From Arcobacteraceae bacterium (GTDB taxonomy: Bacteria; Campylobacterota; Campylobacteria; Campylobacterales; Arcobacteraceae), in assembly GCA_963662945.1 (NCBI GenBank), contig OY759974.1:1504001-1568000 (forward strand): a DNA stretch of 64,000 nt. Direction: 5' to 3'. Positions 37,078 through 47,822 of this stretch are shown in pieces; position 1 is the first letter of the stretch; every line of letters begins with the position of its first letter. The notes below the pieces were generated by a model, which was given only the letters and a program-made list of their open reading frames with translations, made no database searches and had not been told where the DNA came from. Position numbers and translations under genes: made by a program.

Positions 37078-38287
37078 TACAACTAGAAGTATGTTATATT
37101 ACTTAGGGAATTTAAATGCTGAAAATGCGAGAATTAGTTATCAAAATGCAAGTGGGAAAAATCAAGAAAAAGGGAGTGAAGACTCTTTATTGCACTCTAG
37201 ATTAATTAATCTTGAAGATAAATTAAGAGTCACTGAAAGTTTAAAACTTCAAATTACAAAATCAAATGTAATGAATGATACAGCAGATACAAGTATGAAA
37301 GAACTTAAAAATGCATTAGATAGTATTCAAACTGATTTATTAAAAGGTTTAAATTCTGGGATGGATAGAAGTGATAAGTTAGCTTTAGCAACTAATTTAA
37401 GAGGAATCAGAGATAATATTTATGATATGGTAAATGTAAGAGTTGATGGAGAATATGTTTTTTCTGGTTCAAATACAACAGAACAAACAATGGTAAAAGA
37501 TGCAAATTTTGATCTTAATGGACAAGTAGAGTTTGGTGGAGATGGTTTTCTAAGACAAATTGCTGTTCAGCCTGGAAGTTATAGAGATAGAGGTATAACA
37601 GCTTATGATGTAAGCTTTTATACCGCAAGCAGTGCAAATGCTGGAGAAGTTTTTACATTTGCTGAAGGTGAAAGAATTATAGATGAAAATGGGAATGAAT
37701 GGAAAATGGCTATTGATCCATATGGAGATGGTAATGATTATATTCAGCAATATGATCATAATGGGATTATTTATCATCCACCAGTAGATTTACAAATTAC
37801 AGCGACAACACCTCAAGTTTACCCAAATACAGCTGGTCAAGAAACGAAGGCTACTTATTCGGTAAATGTGCCGGCTGCTGATGAAGGAAGAATATTTGAA
37901 GCAAAACACAATTATTTTGATGATTTAAATGTAATTATTAATGCTTTAGAGGGATATGCAACGGCCCCTGATGGTCAAAAAGGTGCAGTACTTTCAGATG
38001 AAGATGTTAGAACAACTTTAAGTAATGGTTTGAGCCTTACAACAAAACAATTTGATGCTTCAAATGTAGGGCATGGTGAACTTGGTGGACGGAATAAAGT
38101 ATTTGAGGTTGCTTTTGAAAAACTTGTTTCTCAAGAGTCAAATTACAATATCTTACTTCAAGAAACGGGCGGTGCAGATTTGACTAAATTAGCTTTAGAA
38201 TCAAAAGCTTTAGAATTGACTTATTCAGCACTGTATTCAACAATATCTAAGATGAATTCAATGTCTTTAGTGAACTTTTTGAAATAA
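37070..38287 (+). CDS. flgL: Hook-filament junction protein FlgL
   Basis: Flagellin-like termini; DGEYVFSGS; C-terminal YSALYSTISKMNSMSLVNFL. Confidence 0.8.
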   Translation: MIDTTRSMLYYLGNLNAENARISYQNASGKNQEKGSEDSLLHSRLINLEDKLRVTESLKLQITKSNVMNDTADTSMKELKNALDSIQTDLLKGLNSGMDRSDKLALATNLRGIRDNIYDMVNVRVDGEYVFSGSNTTEQTMVKDANFDLNGQVEFGGDGFLRQIAVQPGSYRDRGITAYDVSFYTASSANAGEVFTFAEGERIIDENGNEWKMAIDPYGDGNDYIQQYDHNGIIYHPPVDLQITATTPQVYPNTAGQETKATYSVNVPAADEGRIFEAKHNYFDDLNVIINALEGYATAPDGQKGAVLSDEDVRTTLSNGLSLTTKQFDASNVGHGELGGRNKVFEVAFEKLVSQESNYNILLQETGGADLTKLALESKALELTYSALYSTISKMNSMSLVNFLK

Positions 38288-38303
38288 GAAGAATTATATT
38301 TAA

Positions 38304-40427
38304 ATGAACATCAAGGAGCTGTTTTTTAAGAAAGAGTATGTTCTTATTGCTTTTATTTTCTCAATGTTAGCAATAATCATCGTCCCTTTACCAAAAGGGA
38401 TGTTGGATTTTTTCTTAGTACTCTCTTTAACTTCAGCAATTTTAATATTATTAATATCACTTTTTATTCAAAAACCAACAGATTTATCTACGTTTCCAAC
38501 TCTTTTACTTATCTTAGTACTTTTTAGACTTTCCTTAAATATAGCGACGACAAGGTCTATTCTTAGTGAAGGACATAATGGACCAGAAGCAGTAAGTTCA
38601 ATTATTTCAGCATTTGGAGAGTTTGTAGTTGGTGGGAATATGGTTATTGGGGTAATTATATTTATCATTCTTGTACTTATTAACTTTATGGTAGTAACAA
38701 AAGGTGCTGGAAGGGTTGCAGAAGTGCAAGCAAGATTTTCTCTTGATTCATTACCTGGTAAACAAATGGCTATTGATGCTGATTTAAATGCAGGATTTAT
38801 AGATGATGTACAGGCAAAAAAACGTCGAGAAGAACTTGCAAGTGAGGTAAGTTTTTACGGAACTATGGATGGTTCTGCAAAATTCGTAAAAGGTGATGCA
38901 GTTGCTGGTATTATTATTACCATTGTTAATCTTGTTGGTGGATTAATGATTGGTATTTTCCAACATGATTTAACAGCAGCAGAAAGTTCTGAAATCTATA
39001 CAATTTTAACTATTGGTGATGGTCTTGTAGCTCAAATACCAGCTCTTATTATTTCAACTGCAACTGCAATTATAATTACGCGTTCAAATACAGATGACGA
39101 AAAATTTGCAAGTGGAACTATCTCTCAACTGGTTAATGATAGTAAAACTTTAGTTATAACTGGTGTAGCTTTAATGTTGTTTGCATTAGTACCAGGATTT
39201 CCAAGTGGTATATTATTTTTTATGGGTGCTTTACTTGGAGGAATTGGATACATCGTTTATATGGTTGAAGCGGAACAAGATAATGCTTTTACACGTTTTG
39301 TAAAAGGAAGTAGTGTTACTAAAAATTCTTTAAAAGAAAAAGAAAAACAAGAGCAAGAAAAAGCTAAAAAGAAACAAACTACTGCTATGACAGAAGAACA
39401 AACTATTGATAAAACAATGAAACTTGAAGTTTTAGAACTGAAACTCGGTGCTCAGTTATTAAAACTTGTTCAAGGCGATAGTGAACTTTTAGATAAAATT
39501 AAAGGTATACGAAATAAAATCGCAGCTGAACTTGGTTTTGTAATTCCTCAAATTAGAATAAGTGATGATACCTCATTACCTATGAATGGTTACTCTTTTA
39601 ATTTAAAAAGAATTCCAATTGCTAAAGGAAATGTAGAATTAAATCAACTGTTAGCAATGGGTGGAATTGCTGGAGCAAAAGTAAAAGGTAAAAGGGTAAA
39701 AGAACCAGTATTTGGTCTTGATGCAACTTGGATTAATCCAGATGATAAAGCTGAAGCATTAAATAGAGGATTTACAGTTGTTGATGCTCCAACAATTATC
39801 TCTACGCATCTTTCTGAATTGATTAAAAAACATGCTGAGGATATAATAACAAGACAAGATTTAGTAGATATTATCGATAGATTAAAAGCAGACTATCCTA
39901 TTATTGTTGAAGAGGCAATGAAAGTAACTTCTTATGGGTCATTATTAAAAGTATGTAAAGATTTATTACATGAAAATATACCTTTAGTAGATATGATTAC
40001 AATTCTTGAAGCAGTTTCAGATATTGCTGAACTGACAAAATCTCCAGATATCTTACTTGAGCATGTACGATCAAAATTATTTAGACTTATTACTAATAAA
40101 TATACAGCAGCTGATGGTGCAATGCATATCATTACAATAAAATCAGATTTAGAGCAAGATTTTATTGGAAAACTTCAAGAACAACATGGCGTGAGCCAAT
40201 TATTATTAAGTATTGGTGAAATCAATAATCTAGTAACAAAAACACGTGATTTAATAGCAAAAATTGAAGCGAAAGGTATTGCACCTATTTCTATGATTGT
40301 TGACCCTAGTTTAAGACGAAGAATATCTGAAATTTTTGAAAAATTTGGATTATCAATTGCAGTCTTAAGTCATGCTGAATTAGATTCAAAAGCAGATTTT
40401 ACTATTGAGGGGACTTTAGAGTTTTAA
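38304..40427 (+). CDS. flhA: Flagellar export protein FlhA
   Basis: FPTLLL..LFRLSLN, RVAEVQARFSLDSLPGKQMAIDADLNAG, FYGTMDG..KFVKGDA. Confidence 0.98.
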   Translation: MNIKELFFKKEYVLIAFIFSMLAIIIVPLPKGMLDFFLVLSLTSAILILLISLFIQKPTDLSTFPTLLLILVLFRLSLNIATTRSILSEGHNGPEAVSSIISAFGEFVVGGNMVIGVIIFIILVLINFMVVTKGAGRVAEVQARFSLDSLPGKQMAIDADLNAGFIDDVQAKKRREELASEVSFYGTMDGSAKFVKGDAVAGIIITIVNLVGGLMIGIFQHDLTAAESSEIYTILTIGDGLVAQIPALIISTATAIIITRSNTDDEKFASGTISQLVNDSKTLVITGVALMLFALVPGFPSGILFFMGALLGGIGYIVYMVEAEQDNAFTRFVKGSSVTKNSLKEKEKQEQEKAKKKQTTAMTEEQTIDKTMKLEVLELKLGAQLLKLVQGDSELLDKIKGIRNKIAAELGFVIPQIRISDDTSLPMNGYSFNLKRIPIAKGNVELNQLLAMGGIAGAKVKGKRVKEPVFGLDATWINPDDKAEALNRGFTVVDAPTIISTHLSELIKKHAEDIITRQDLVDIIDRLKADYPIIVEEAMKVTSYGSLLKVCKDLLHENIPLVDMITILEAVSDIAELTKSPDILLEHVRSKLFRLITNKYTAADGAMHIITIKSDLEQDFIGKLQEQHGVSQLLLSIGEINNLVTKTRDLIAKIEAKGIAPISMIVDPSLRRRISEIFEKFGLSIAVLSHAELDSKADFTIEGTLEF

Positions 40428-40474
40428 GTATCCTTTAGATAAAATACTAAAATTTTAAACTAAAAGGATAATCA

Positions 40475-40741
40475 ATGAATCAAGATTTAATCGGTTCTTT
40501 ACTACCACTTGTCGTATTATTTGCGATATTTTATTTTCTAATCATTAGACCACAACAAAAACAACAAAAAGAACACAAAGAGATGCTAGAAGCATTAGAA
40601 AAAGGTGATAAGGTTGTAACAAATGGTGGACTTATAGTTGAAATTACAAAAGTTGAAGAAAACTTTTTAACTACAAAAAGCATAGACGGTAGTCAATTAA
40701 GAGTTGCAAAGAATTTTATTTCTAGCAAATGGGAAGATTAA
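40475..40741 (+). CDS. yajC: Preprotein translocase subunit YajC
   Basis: FYFLIIRPQQK, L.KGDKVVTNGG. Confidence 0.96.
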   Translation: MNQDLIGSLLPLVVLFAIFYFLIIRPQQKQQKEHKEMLEALEKGDKVVTNGGLIVEITKVEENFLTTKSIDGSQLRVAKNFISSKWED

Positions 40742-40769
40742 TCACACAATAACCAAAAGGATATAGTTC

Positions 40770-42341
40770 TTGCATTTTTTAAACTATAGACTAGTAATAT
40801 TTCTACTAGTAACAGTCTTTGGTATAGTCTTCTCTATACCATCTTTTCTACAAACAGATGACGGTAAAAAAATCTCTTTAGGCCTTGACTTGCAAGGTGG
40901 ACTTCATATGCTTTTAGGTGTACAAACACAAAAAGCAGTTGAGGGGAAAATCAAATCAGTAGCAGCAACAGTTAAATACTTTTCAGATAGGGAATCAATA
41001 TTAATAGAAGATTTAAGAATTGAACCTGAACATTTAAGCTTTATACTTCTAGATAGTGATGAAGTTGTAAAAATGGATGAGATGTTAGCAGAGATTAAAG
41101 GTTTGGATATCAACAAAAGTGAAGATTTAGTGTATACTATTTCTCTTACACCAATTGAGGTTGAAATTGTAAAAGACATGGCAGTTGGACAAGCTGTAGA
41201 AACAATACGAAACAGACTTGATCAATTTGGATTGGCAGAACCATCGGTTACTAGACAAGGAAAAACAGATATTGTTGTTGAACTTCCTGGTATTAAAACA
41301 CCTCAAGAGGAACAACATGCAAGAGAACTTATTGCAAAGCCTGCAAATTTAGAGTTAATGGAAGTTGATGAGCTTAAAGCAGATCAAGTATATGATTTAA
41401 CAAAAAAACAAGCACAAGAATTAGGTGATTTAATTCTTGAAGAGACAGGAAACCCTCAAGTTAAGTACCTTGTAAAACAAATTCCAATTTTAACTGGAAG
41501 TGAAGTAGTTGATGCTAAGGTTGCTTTTGATCAACAAACTAATCAACCAATTATTAATTTTACACTCAGTTCATTTGGTGCAAAAGTTTTTGGTGATTTT
41601 ACTGCAAAAAGTGTTGGTAAACGACTTGCTGTAGTTCTTGATGGTAAGGTGTTTTCTGCACCTTCTATTAGAGAGAGAATTGGTGGAGGAAGTGGACAAA
41701 TAAGTGGAAACTTTACTGTTAATGAAGCTGGAAATGTAGCTATTGCATTGCGTTCAGGAGCTTTACCCGCACCAATTATAATGCTTGAAAAAAGAAGTGT
41801 AGGTCCTAGTTTAGGTGCGGATAGTATTCAAGCTTCTATGATAGCATTGATAAGTGGTTTTTTTCTTGTTATTATATTTATGATTGTATATTATGGTCTA
41901 GCGGGTGTGATTGCAAATATTGCTCTTATTACAAATATATTTATTATTATAGCTATTATGGCTATGTTTGGTGCGACTCTAACACTTCCAGGTATGGCAG
42001 GTATTGTTTTAACTGTTGGTATGGCAGTTGATGCAAATGTAATTATTAGTGAAAGAATTCGAGAGTTATTAAAAGAGGGTAAATCTATCCATAAAGCGGT
42101 AGAAGATGGTTATAAAAATGCTATGAGTGCTATTTTAGATGCAAATATTACTACACTTTTAGTAGCAGTTATACTTTATGCTTACGGTACAGGACCAGTG
42201 AAAGGGTTTGCGATTACAATTAGTATTGGTATTATAGCATCAATGGTTACAGCAATTTTAGGTACTCATGGTATGTATGAAGCTCTTATGCCTAAAATAA
42301 TGAGAGATAAAAACTTAAGAAAATGGTTTGGGGTGAAATAA
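40770..42341 (+). CDS. secD: Protein translocase subunit SecD
   Basis: LGLDLQGG, RNRLDQFGLAEP, LRSGALP, GMAVDANV..ERIRE. Confidence 0.97.
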   Translation: MHFLNYRLVIFLLVTVFGIVFSIPSFLQTDDGKKISLGLDLQGGLHMLLGVQTQKAVEGKIKSVAATVKYFSDRESILIEDLRIEPEHLSFILLDSDEVVKMDEMLAEIKGLDINKSEDLVYTISLTPIEVEIVKDMAVGQAVETIRNRLDQFGLAEPSVTRQGKTDIVVELPGIKTPQEEQHARELIAKPANLELMEVDELKADQVYDLTKKQAQELGDLILEETGNPQVKYLVKQIPILTGSEVVDAKVAFDQQTNQPIINFTLSSFGAKVFGDFTAKSVGKRLAVVLDGKVFSAPSIRERIGGGSGQISGNFTVNEAGNVAIALRSGALPAPIIMLEKRSVGPSLGADSIQASMIALISGFFLVIIFMIVYYGLAGVIANIALITNIFIIIAIMAMFGATLTLPGMAGIVLTVGMAVDANVIISERIRELLKEGKSIHKAVEDGYKNAMSAILDANITTLLVAVILYAYGTGPVKGFAITISIGIIASMVTAILGTHGMYEALMPKIMRDKNLRKWFGVK

Positions 42342-43312
42342 TGGAAATTTTTAAATCAGATAAAATTTATGATTTTATGGGAAGAAGATTACCATTTTTG
42401 GGATTTTCAGCTATATTAGTTATTACATCTTTTATTCTTCTTTTTACAAAAGGATTAAACTTAGGGATTGATTTCTCTGGTGGTACACTAATTCAAGTAC
42501 AATATACAAAAGCTGCACCAATAAATGATATTCGAGATTTATTATCAAAAAATAGTGCTTTTGAAAAAGCTGTAGTTACAAAATTTGGTAGTGAAGAAGA
42601 GATTATCATTAAAATACCAACTTCAAGTACTAGTTTAGGAAAAGATATTGGTGATGAGGTAAGAGAAACATTAAAACCAAGTGGAACTTATGAGATAAGA
42701 AGAGTTGATATGGTTGGGCCTAAAGTTGGTGATGCATTACAAGAAAAAGGTATTATGGCTCTAAGTTTAGCTCTTATAATGATTTTGATTTATGTATCTT
42801 TTCGATTTGAGTGGAGATTTGCTATTGCTTCTATCTTAGCTCTTGTACATGATGTTTCTATAGCTTTGGGTGCTATAGTATTATTTAACATAGATGTAAA
42901 TCTTGATATTTTAGCAGCGATTCTTACAATTTTAGGATATTCACTAAATGACACTATTATTGTATTTGATAGAATTAGAGAAGGTGTAAAAACATCAAAA
43001 GAAAATCATCTTGATGTAGTTGTTAATGAATCAGTTTCAAAAACATTAAGTAGAACTACATTGACATCATTAACAACATTTTTTGTTGTATTGACTTTAT
43101 ACCTTTTTGGTGGAGAGATTATCAATGGATTTAGTTTTACACTACTTGTAGGTATTATAGTAGGAACATATAGTTCTATTTTTATTGCAGCTTCATTTTT
43201 AGTACAATTAAACTTTTCTATAGAAAACTATAGAAATGCAGAAGCAGAAAAAGAGAAAAGACAAAAAGAAAAAGATAGAATAAGAGCACAATTTGAACAA
43301 GGTATGGTATAG
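42341..43312 (+). CDS. secF: Protein translocase subunit SecF
   Basis: GIDFSGG, VGPKVG, HDV, GYSLNDTIIVFDRIRE. Likely start is the ATG at 42341, overlapping the secD stop. Confidence 0.96.
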   Translation: MEIFKSDKIYDFMGRRLPFLGFSAILVITSFILLFTKGLNLGIDFSGGTLIQVQYTKAAPINDIRDLLSKNSAFEKAVVTKFGSEEEIIIKIPTSSTSLGKDIGDEVRETLKPSGTYEIRRVDMVGPKVGDALQEKGIMALSLALIMILIYVSFRFEWRFAIASILALVHDVSIALGAIVLFNIDVNLDILAAILTILGYSLNDTIIVFDRIREGVKTSKENHLDVVVNESVSKTLSRTTLTSLTTFFVVLTLYLFGGEIINGFSFTLLVGIIVGTYSSIFIAASFLVQLNFSIENYRNAEAEKEKRQKEKDRIRAQFEQGMV

Positions 43313-43318
43313 ATAATT

Positions 43319-44656
43319 ATGGGTAGATTATTTGGTACGGATGGAGTACGAGGACAAGCAGGAACTTTTTTAGATGCAATGACTGCCTTAAAACTAGCAC
43401 AAGCTGTTGGAATATATTTTAAAAAACATTCTCGTACAAAAAAAATACTTTTAGGAAAAGACACTAGAAAAAGTGGTTATATGATAGAAAACGCTTTAGT
43501 TAGTGGTCTTACTTCTGTTGGTTATGACGTGATACAAATAGGTCCTATGCCAACACCTGCAATTGCTTATTTAACTGAGACTATGCGATGTGATGCTGGT
43601 ATTATGTTAAGTGCATCACATAACTCTTTTGAAGACAATGGTGTTAAGTTTTTTGATTGTCGAGGAGACAAATTATCTGTTGAGATAGAGCATGAGATTG
43701 AAAATATATTTTTCAATGATGAGTTATTAAAAAATTCGCAATGTACTCATGGAAATATAGGACGTGCAAAAAGAATCAATGATGTTATTGGGCGATATAT
43801 TGTTTCAATCAAAAGTTCATTTCCTACTGATTTAAGTTTAAGTGGAATGAGAATTGTTCTTGATTGTGCTAATGGCGCTGGATATAAAGTTGGACCTACT
43901 ATTTTAGAAGAACTTGATGCAGATGTTATTACAGTAAATGATGCTCCAAATGGTTATAACATAAATGAAAATTGTGGTGCGTTACACCCTTTTGAACTTG
44001 GAAAGTTAGTAGTACAATATAGAGCTGATATTGGTATCGCTCTTGATGGTGATGCTGATAGACTAGTAATTGTAGATGAAAAAGGAAAAGTAGTTGATGG
44101 GGATAAGCTTATAGGAGCACTTGCAGTATATCTAAAAAATAGAGGTAAACTACAAGGTGGTTGTGTAGCAACAGTTATGAGTAATAAAGCACTGGAAGAT
44201 TATCTTTTATCAAATGAGATTGAACTTCATAGGTCAAATGTTGGTGATAAATATGTTTTAGAAGTTATGAAAAAACATAATATAAACTTTGGTGGTGAAC
44301 AAAGTGGTCATATTATCTTTTCAGATGTAGCAAAAACAGGTGATGGACTGGCTTCAGCATTACAAGTTTTAGCACTACTTATTACTACAAAACAAAAAGC
44401 AAGTAAAGCTCTTAATCCATTTGAACTTTATCCTCAAGTGTTGAAAAATCTTATAGTTGAAGAGAAAAAACCACTTGAAGAGATTGCAGGACTTGAAGAG
44501 TTATTACAATCTTTTAGAGAAAAAGGTCTTCGAGATCTCATAAGATACTCTGGTACTGAAAATAAAATACGACTTTTACTTGAAGGAAAAGATAGTAAAG
44601 TAGTAAATAGTTGTATGGATGAACTACAAACATTTATAAAAAGTAAGCTATGTTAA
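43319..44656 (+). CDS. glmM: Phosphoglucosamine mutase
   Basis: [33 protein letters not shown]. Confidence 0.96.
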   Translation: MGRLFGTDGVRGQAGTFLDAMTALKLAQAVGIYFKKHSRTKKILLGKDTRKSGYMIENALVSGLTSVGYDVIQIGPMPTPAIAYLTETMRCDAGIMLSASHNSFEDNGVKFFDCRGDKLSVEIEHEIENIFFNDELLKNSQCTHGNIGRAKRINDVIGRYIVSIKSSFPTDLSLSGMRIVLDCANGAGYKVGPTILEELDADVITVNDAPNGYNINENCGALHPFELGKLVVQYRADIGIALDGDADRLVIVDEKGKVVDGDKLIGALAVYLKNRGKLQGGCVATVMSNKALEDYLLSNEIELHRSNVGDKYVLEVMKKHNINFGGEQSGHIIFSDVAKTGDGLASALQVLALLITTKQKASKALNPFELYPQVLKNLIVEEKKPLEEIAGLEELLQSFREKGLRDLIRYSGTENKIRLLLEGKDSKVVNSCMDELQTFIKSKLC

Positions 44657-45108
44657 AAAAGCTTTCTATATCAATAATACTTTTTGTAGTATTATTTTCT
44701 ATAGACCAGTATATTAAACATCTTTTTGTAGATGGTTTTGAACTAAAAGGAGAGTGTATCTCTTTGGTTCTAGCCTATAATTATGGTGTTGCATTTTCTA
44801 TGTTTGCATTTTTAGAAGAAAATCTTAAATATATTCAAATAGCTATGATGGTAGCAGGTATAATTTATTTAGTATTCCACAAAGAAGTATTTTATAAATA
44901 TTATATACCAGCTTCATTATTACTTGCAGGTGGAGTAAGTAATATTTATGATAGATTTATTCATGGTGGAGTCGTTGATTATGTGTATTGGCATTGTGGT
45001 TTTGAATTTGCAATATTTAATTTAGCAGACGTTTTAATAGATATTGCAGTAGTATTAATACTTATCATCAGTTATTTAGATTCAAAAAAACAATCTTTAG
45101 AACAATAA
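44650..45108 (+). CDS. lspA: Lipoprotein signal peptidase II
   Basis: [19 protein letters not shown]...GVVDY, FNLAD. Confidence 0.95.
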   Translation: MLKKLSISIILFVVLFSIDQYIKHLFVDGFELKGECISLVLAYNYGVAFSMFAFLEENLKYIQIAMMVAGIIYLVFHKEVFYKYYIPASLLLAGGVSNIYDRFIHGGVVDYVYWHCGFEFAIFNLADVLIDIAVVLILIISYLDSKKQSLEQ

Positions 45109-45110
45109 AT

Positions 45111-45818
45111 TTAATTTAAAAAATTTTCAATTTCAGAAGCTATAGTATCTATTGCAATACTCGCTTTTTGATACAATACAATATCAAATAACTCTTCTTC
45201 TATTGCATCACTTGGTTCAAGGTTATTTAAAATCGATTTATCTACAAAATTTGCTATTGTATTAACACCTATTACATTACCACTTGTGCCTATAACTACA
45301 AAAAGTTCACAATCATAAAGTTCTTCTTCAAGTTTTTGATACATAGGAGCCATCTCTCCAAACATTACAATATGTGGACGTATTTTTTTACTACTACATT
45401 TGGGACAAATATTATTTGAGTTATCAAGTTTGTTATATCCTATTTCATAAGTATAGCCACAATCTTCACATTCTACGTTTGGTAAAAAGCCGTGTAAATG
45501 TATCACATCAATATTGTGGTTTAAACCTGCTTTTTCAAATAAATTATCTACATTTTGAGTAATAATTACAATATCATTTGGAAATTTCTTTTTAAGTTTA
45601 GCTAGTATTTTATGTGCTATATTTGGTTCTTTATCTTGTAATTCCATTCTTCTCTTATCATAAAACTCTAGTGTTTTAGTTCGATTGCTTTCTAAACAAC
45701 CAACTTGACATACTTCTTGAATACTATATTCTTCCCAAAGTCCACCACTTTCCCTAAAAGTATTTATTCCAGATTCTGCACTGATACCAGCACCACTTAA
45801 AATTACAACTTTTGCCAT
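45111..45818 (-). CDS. cobB: NAD-dependent protein deacylase (Sir2/CobB)
   Basis: GAGISAESG, TQNVD, HLHG, CxxC...CxxC, VIGTSG; FYDKRR substrate motif. Confidence 0.92.
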   Translation of the reverse strand: MAKVVILSGAGISAESGINTFRESGGLWEEYSIQEVCQVGCLESNRTKTLEFYDKRRMELQDKEPNIAHKILAKLKKKFPNDIVIITQNVDNLFEKAGLNHNIDVIHLHGFLPNVECEDCGYTYEIGYNKLDNSNNICPKCSSKKIRPHIVMFGEMAPMYQKLEEELYDCELFVVIGTSGNVIGVNTIANFVDKSILNNLEPSDAIEEELFDIVLYQKASIAIDTIASEIENFLN

Positions 45819-45930
45819 TTTATAATAACCTTTTAATGATATATTTTAGTATTGTAACAAATTTTATACTAAGTTCACAATCATTACACAATTTCTTTTT
45901 ATGATACGGTATAACAAATGAGGAGTTCCA

Positions 45931-46488
45931 ATGAAAACAAATAATTTAGGAAAATTAATCTTAGTAACTATAGTTTTAATAAGTACATTAAGTGGATATG
46001 ATAGTTATAGTTCTTTTGGAAAAGAAGAAGGATTTGAAAAATATAAAGTTATCTCTTCTACTCCAATAACACAAACAATCACACAACAAGTGAGAGTAGG
46101 AGAAGAGATAAGAGATAGAGTTGTAAAAAGAGCGGTTCCTTGTAATAGAAATATAAATACAAATTCCATAGGTTTAGATACTATTATTGGAGCTGGTGTT
46201 GGATTGGCAATAGGACATCGAGTAGGGAAAGGACATGGAAGAGAAGTAGCAAAAGTTTTAGGAGGTCTAGGTGGTGGATATTTAGCAAATCAAATGAGAG
46301 TAAATAGTTATGATACTTGTTATGAAGAGAGAATAGTTCATGATATGATACCAAGATATGAAACTATAACAAAAGAGGTAATAACTGGTTATCAAAATTG
46401 TGTTATGGTTGATGGAGAAAAAATTTGTAAAGAATCTAGTGAATCTTTAAAATTTTTAAAAGTAAAGAGAACCTACAGTGTTTATTAA
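45931..46488 (+). CDS. Exported glycine-zipper (2TM) protein
   Basis: Signal peptide; IIGAGVGLAIGHRVGKGHG...LGGLGGGYLAN. Confidence 0.8.
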   Translation: MKTNNLGKLILVTIVLISTLSGYDSYSSFGKEEGFEKYKVISSTPITQTITQQVRVGEEIRDRVVKRAVPCNRNINTNSIGLDTIIGAGVGLAIGHRVGKGHGREVAKVLGGLGGGYLANQMRVNSYDTCYEERIVHDMIPRYETITKEVITGYQNCVMVDGEKICKESSESLKFLKVKRTYSVY

Positions 46489-46499
46489 TACTGTAGGTT
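46470..46499. terminator. Probable bidirectional terminator hairpin
   Basis: AACCTACAGTGTT-tatt-AATACTGTAGGTT at the junction of two convergent genes. Confidence 0.7.
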
Positions 46500-46507
46500 T
46501 TATATTA

Positions 46508-47011
46508 TTATTTTTGTAATTCTTCTAATGTTTGTTTTACAACATCAGAATGTTTCATCTCAACAGTTTCCCCATTGACCTTTTTCTTTTGTCGCACCTT
46601 TACATTTTCCCAAACAGCTGCAATCTCACCTTTTGGATTTATGATAAATGTTGAACGAACAACACCCATATATTTTTTTCCATAGTTTAATTTTTCTTGC
46701 CATACACCATATGCTTCACATAAAGTTTTTTCTTCATCTGCAAGAAGTGTGATTGTAAGATTTTGTTTCTCTATAAAACCTCTATGTTTTTTAGGACTAT
46801 CTGGACTAACACCTAAAATAACTGCATCCAAATCATCAAATTGCTCTTCACTTGCAGTAAAATCACAAGCTTCATTTGTACAACCAGGTGTATTATCTTT
46901 TGGATAAAAATATAATACTATCCATTTTCCTTTTAAGTCTCGAAGACAGATTTCCACATCATCTTGATTTGGGTTACAAAACTCTGGTGCTTTCATTCCG
47001 ATTTCTAACAT
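46508..47011 (-). CDS. bcp: Peroxiredoxin BCP/PrxQ
   Basis: LYFYPKDNTPGCTNEACDF, GVSPDS, RSTFII. Confidence 0.95.
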   Translation of the reverse strand: MLEIGMKAPEFCNPNQDDVEICLRDLKGKWIVLYFYPKDNTPGCTNEACDFTASEEQFDDLDAVILGVSPDSPKKHRGFIEKQNLTITLLADEEKTLCEAYGVWQEKLNYGKKYMGVVRSTFIINPKGEIAAVWENVKVRQKKKVNGETVEMKHSDVVKQTLEELQK

Positions 47012-47023
47012 TTTTTATCCTTT

Positions 47024-47731
47024 TTATTTTATTGCTATAAAAGTTGCGAAGTTCACCCATTTGAATATACACTCAACATGTTTAAATCCAGCATCTTTTA
47101 TCATTTTCTGATTTTCATCATAACTGTAAGGTATAAGTACATTTTCTAATGCTTCTCTTTTTTGAGCAATTTCAAATTCACTATATCCTTGTTCTTTTTT
47201 GAATTTGTAATATTCATCAATAAATTGTTTATTTAAAACTTTATCTTCACAGATTACTTTCTCACTAAAGATAAAAACTTTTCCATCTTCAAGTGCATTG
47301 TAGATTTTTGAAATAAGTTTTTCTCTTTGAAGAGGTCTTATAAATTGTAAAGTATAATTAGAAATAATCACATCAGCACTTTGTAGTTCAACATTAAAAA
47401 TATCATCTTGTATAAATCTAATTTGGTGACCATATCCTTTTGCTTTATGTGCTGCACGATCGAGCATAGCACCAGAAGTATCAATACCTATGAGGTTTAA
47501 TTGTTCACTTGAGTGATTTGCTATATTGATAAGTGTTGTAGCTGTTGAACAACCTAAATCATAAATGGTGCTATCTTTTTGTGTATATTTTAGTGCAAAA
47601 GAGGTAGTAAGATTTAGCATCTCTTGGTAAAAAGGTACTGAACGACTAAGCATATCATCAAATACAGATGCTACATCTTCATCAAATTCAAATTGCTTTG
47701 TTATAGGTTTTTCAAATATATTATCTTTCAT
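47024..47731 (-). CDS. cmoA: Carboxy-SAM synthase CmoA
   Basis: [52 protein letters not shown]. Confidence 0.95.
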   Translation of the reverse strand: MKDNIFEKPITKQFEFDEDVASVFDDMLSRSVPFYQEMLNLTTSFALKYTQKDSTIYDLGCSTATTLINIANHSSEQLNLIGIDTSGAMLDRAAHKAKGYGHQIRFIQDDIFNVELQSADVIISNYTLQFIRPLQREKLISKIYNALEDGKVFIFSEKVICEDKVLNKQFIDEYYKFKKEQGYSEFEIAQKREALENVLIPYSYDENQKMIKDAGFKHVECIFKWVNFATFIAIK

Positions 47732-47822
47732 TAGCCGTATTGTATAATAAAAATGGTATTAAAGTATTTAAGATGAGCTGTAAAGACAAAATTTTTAAAT
47801 ATTTTTAGATATAATCGCTTTC
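47732..47822. promoter_or_regulatory. Divergent sigma70 promoters, each -10 box 7 nt before an ATG
   Basis: Minus strand TACAAT at 47744-47739; plus strand TATAAT at 47810-47815. Neither gene has a Shine-Dalgarno sequence. Confidence 0.7.

Noticed and set aside
45111-45818. Sir2 protein as an anti-phage defence component
   Set aside because: It has the ordinary CobB deacylase architecture with a Zn ribbon and no neighbouring defence genes.
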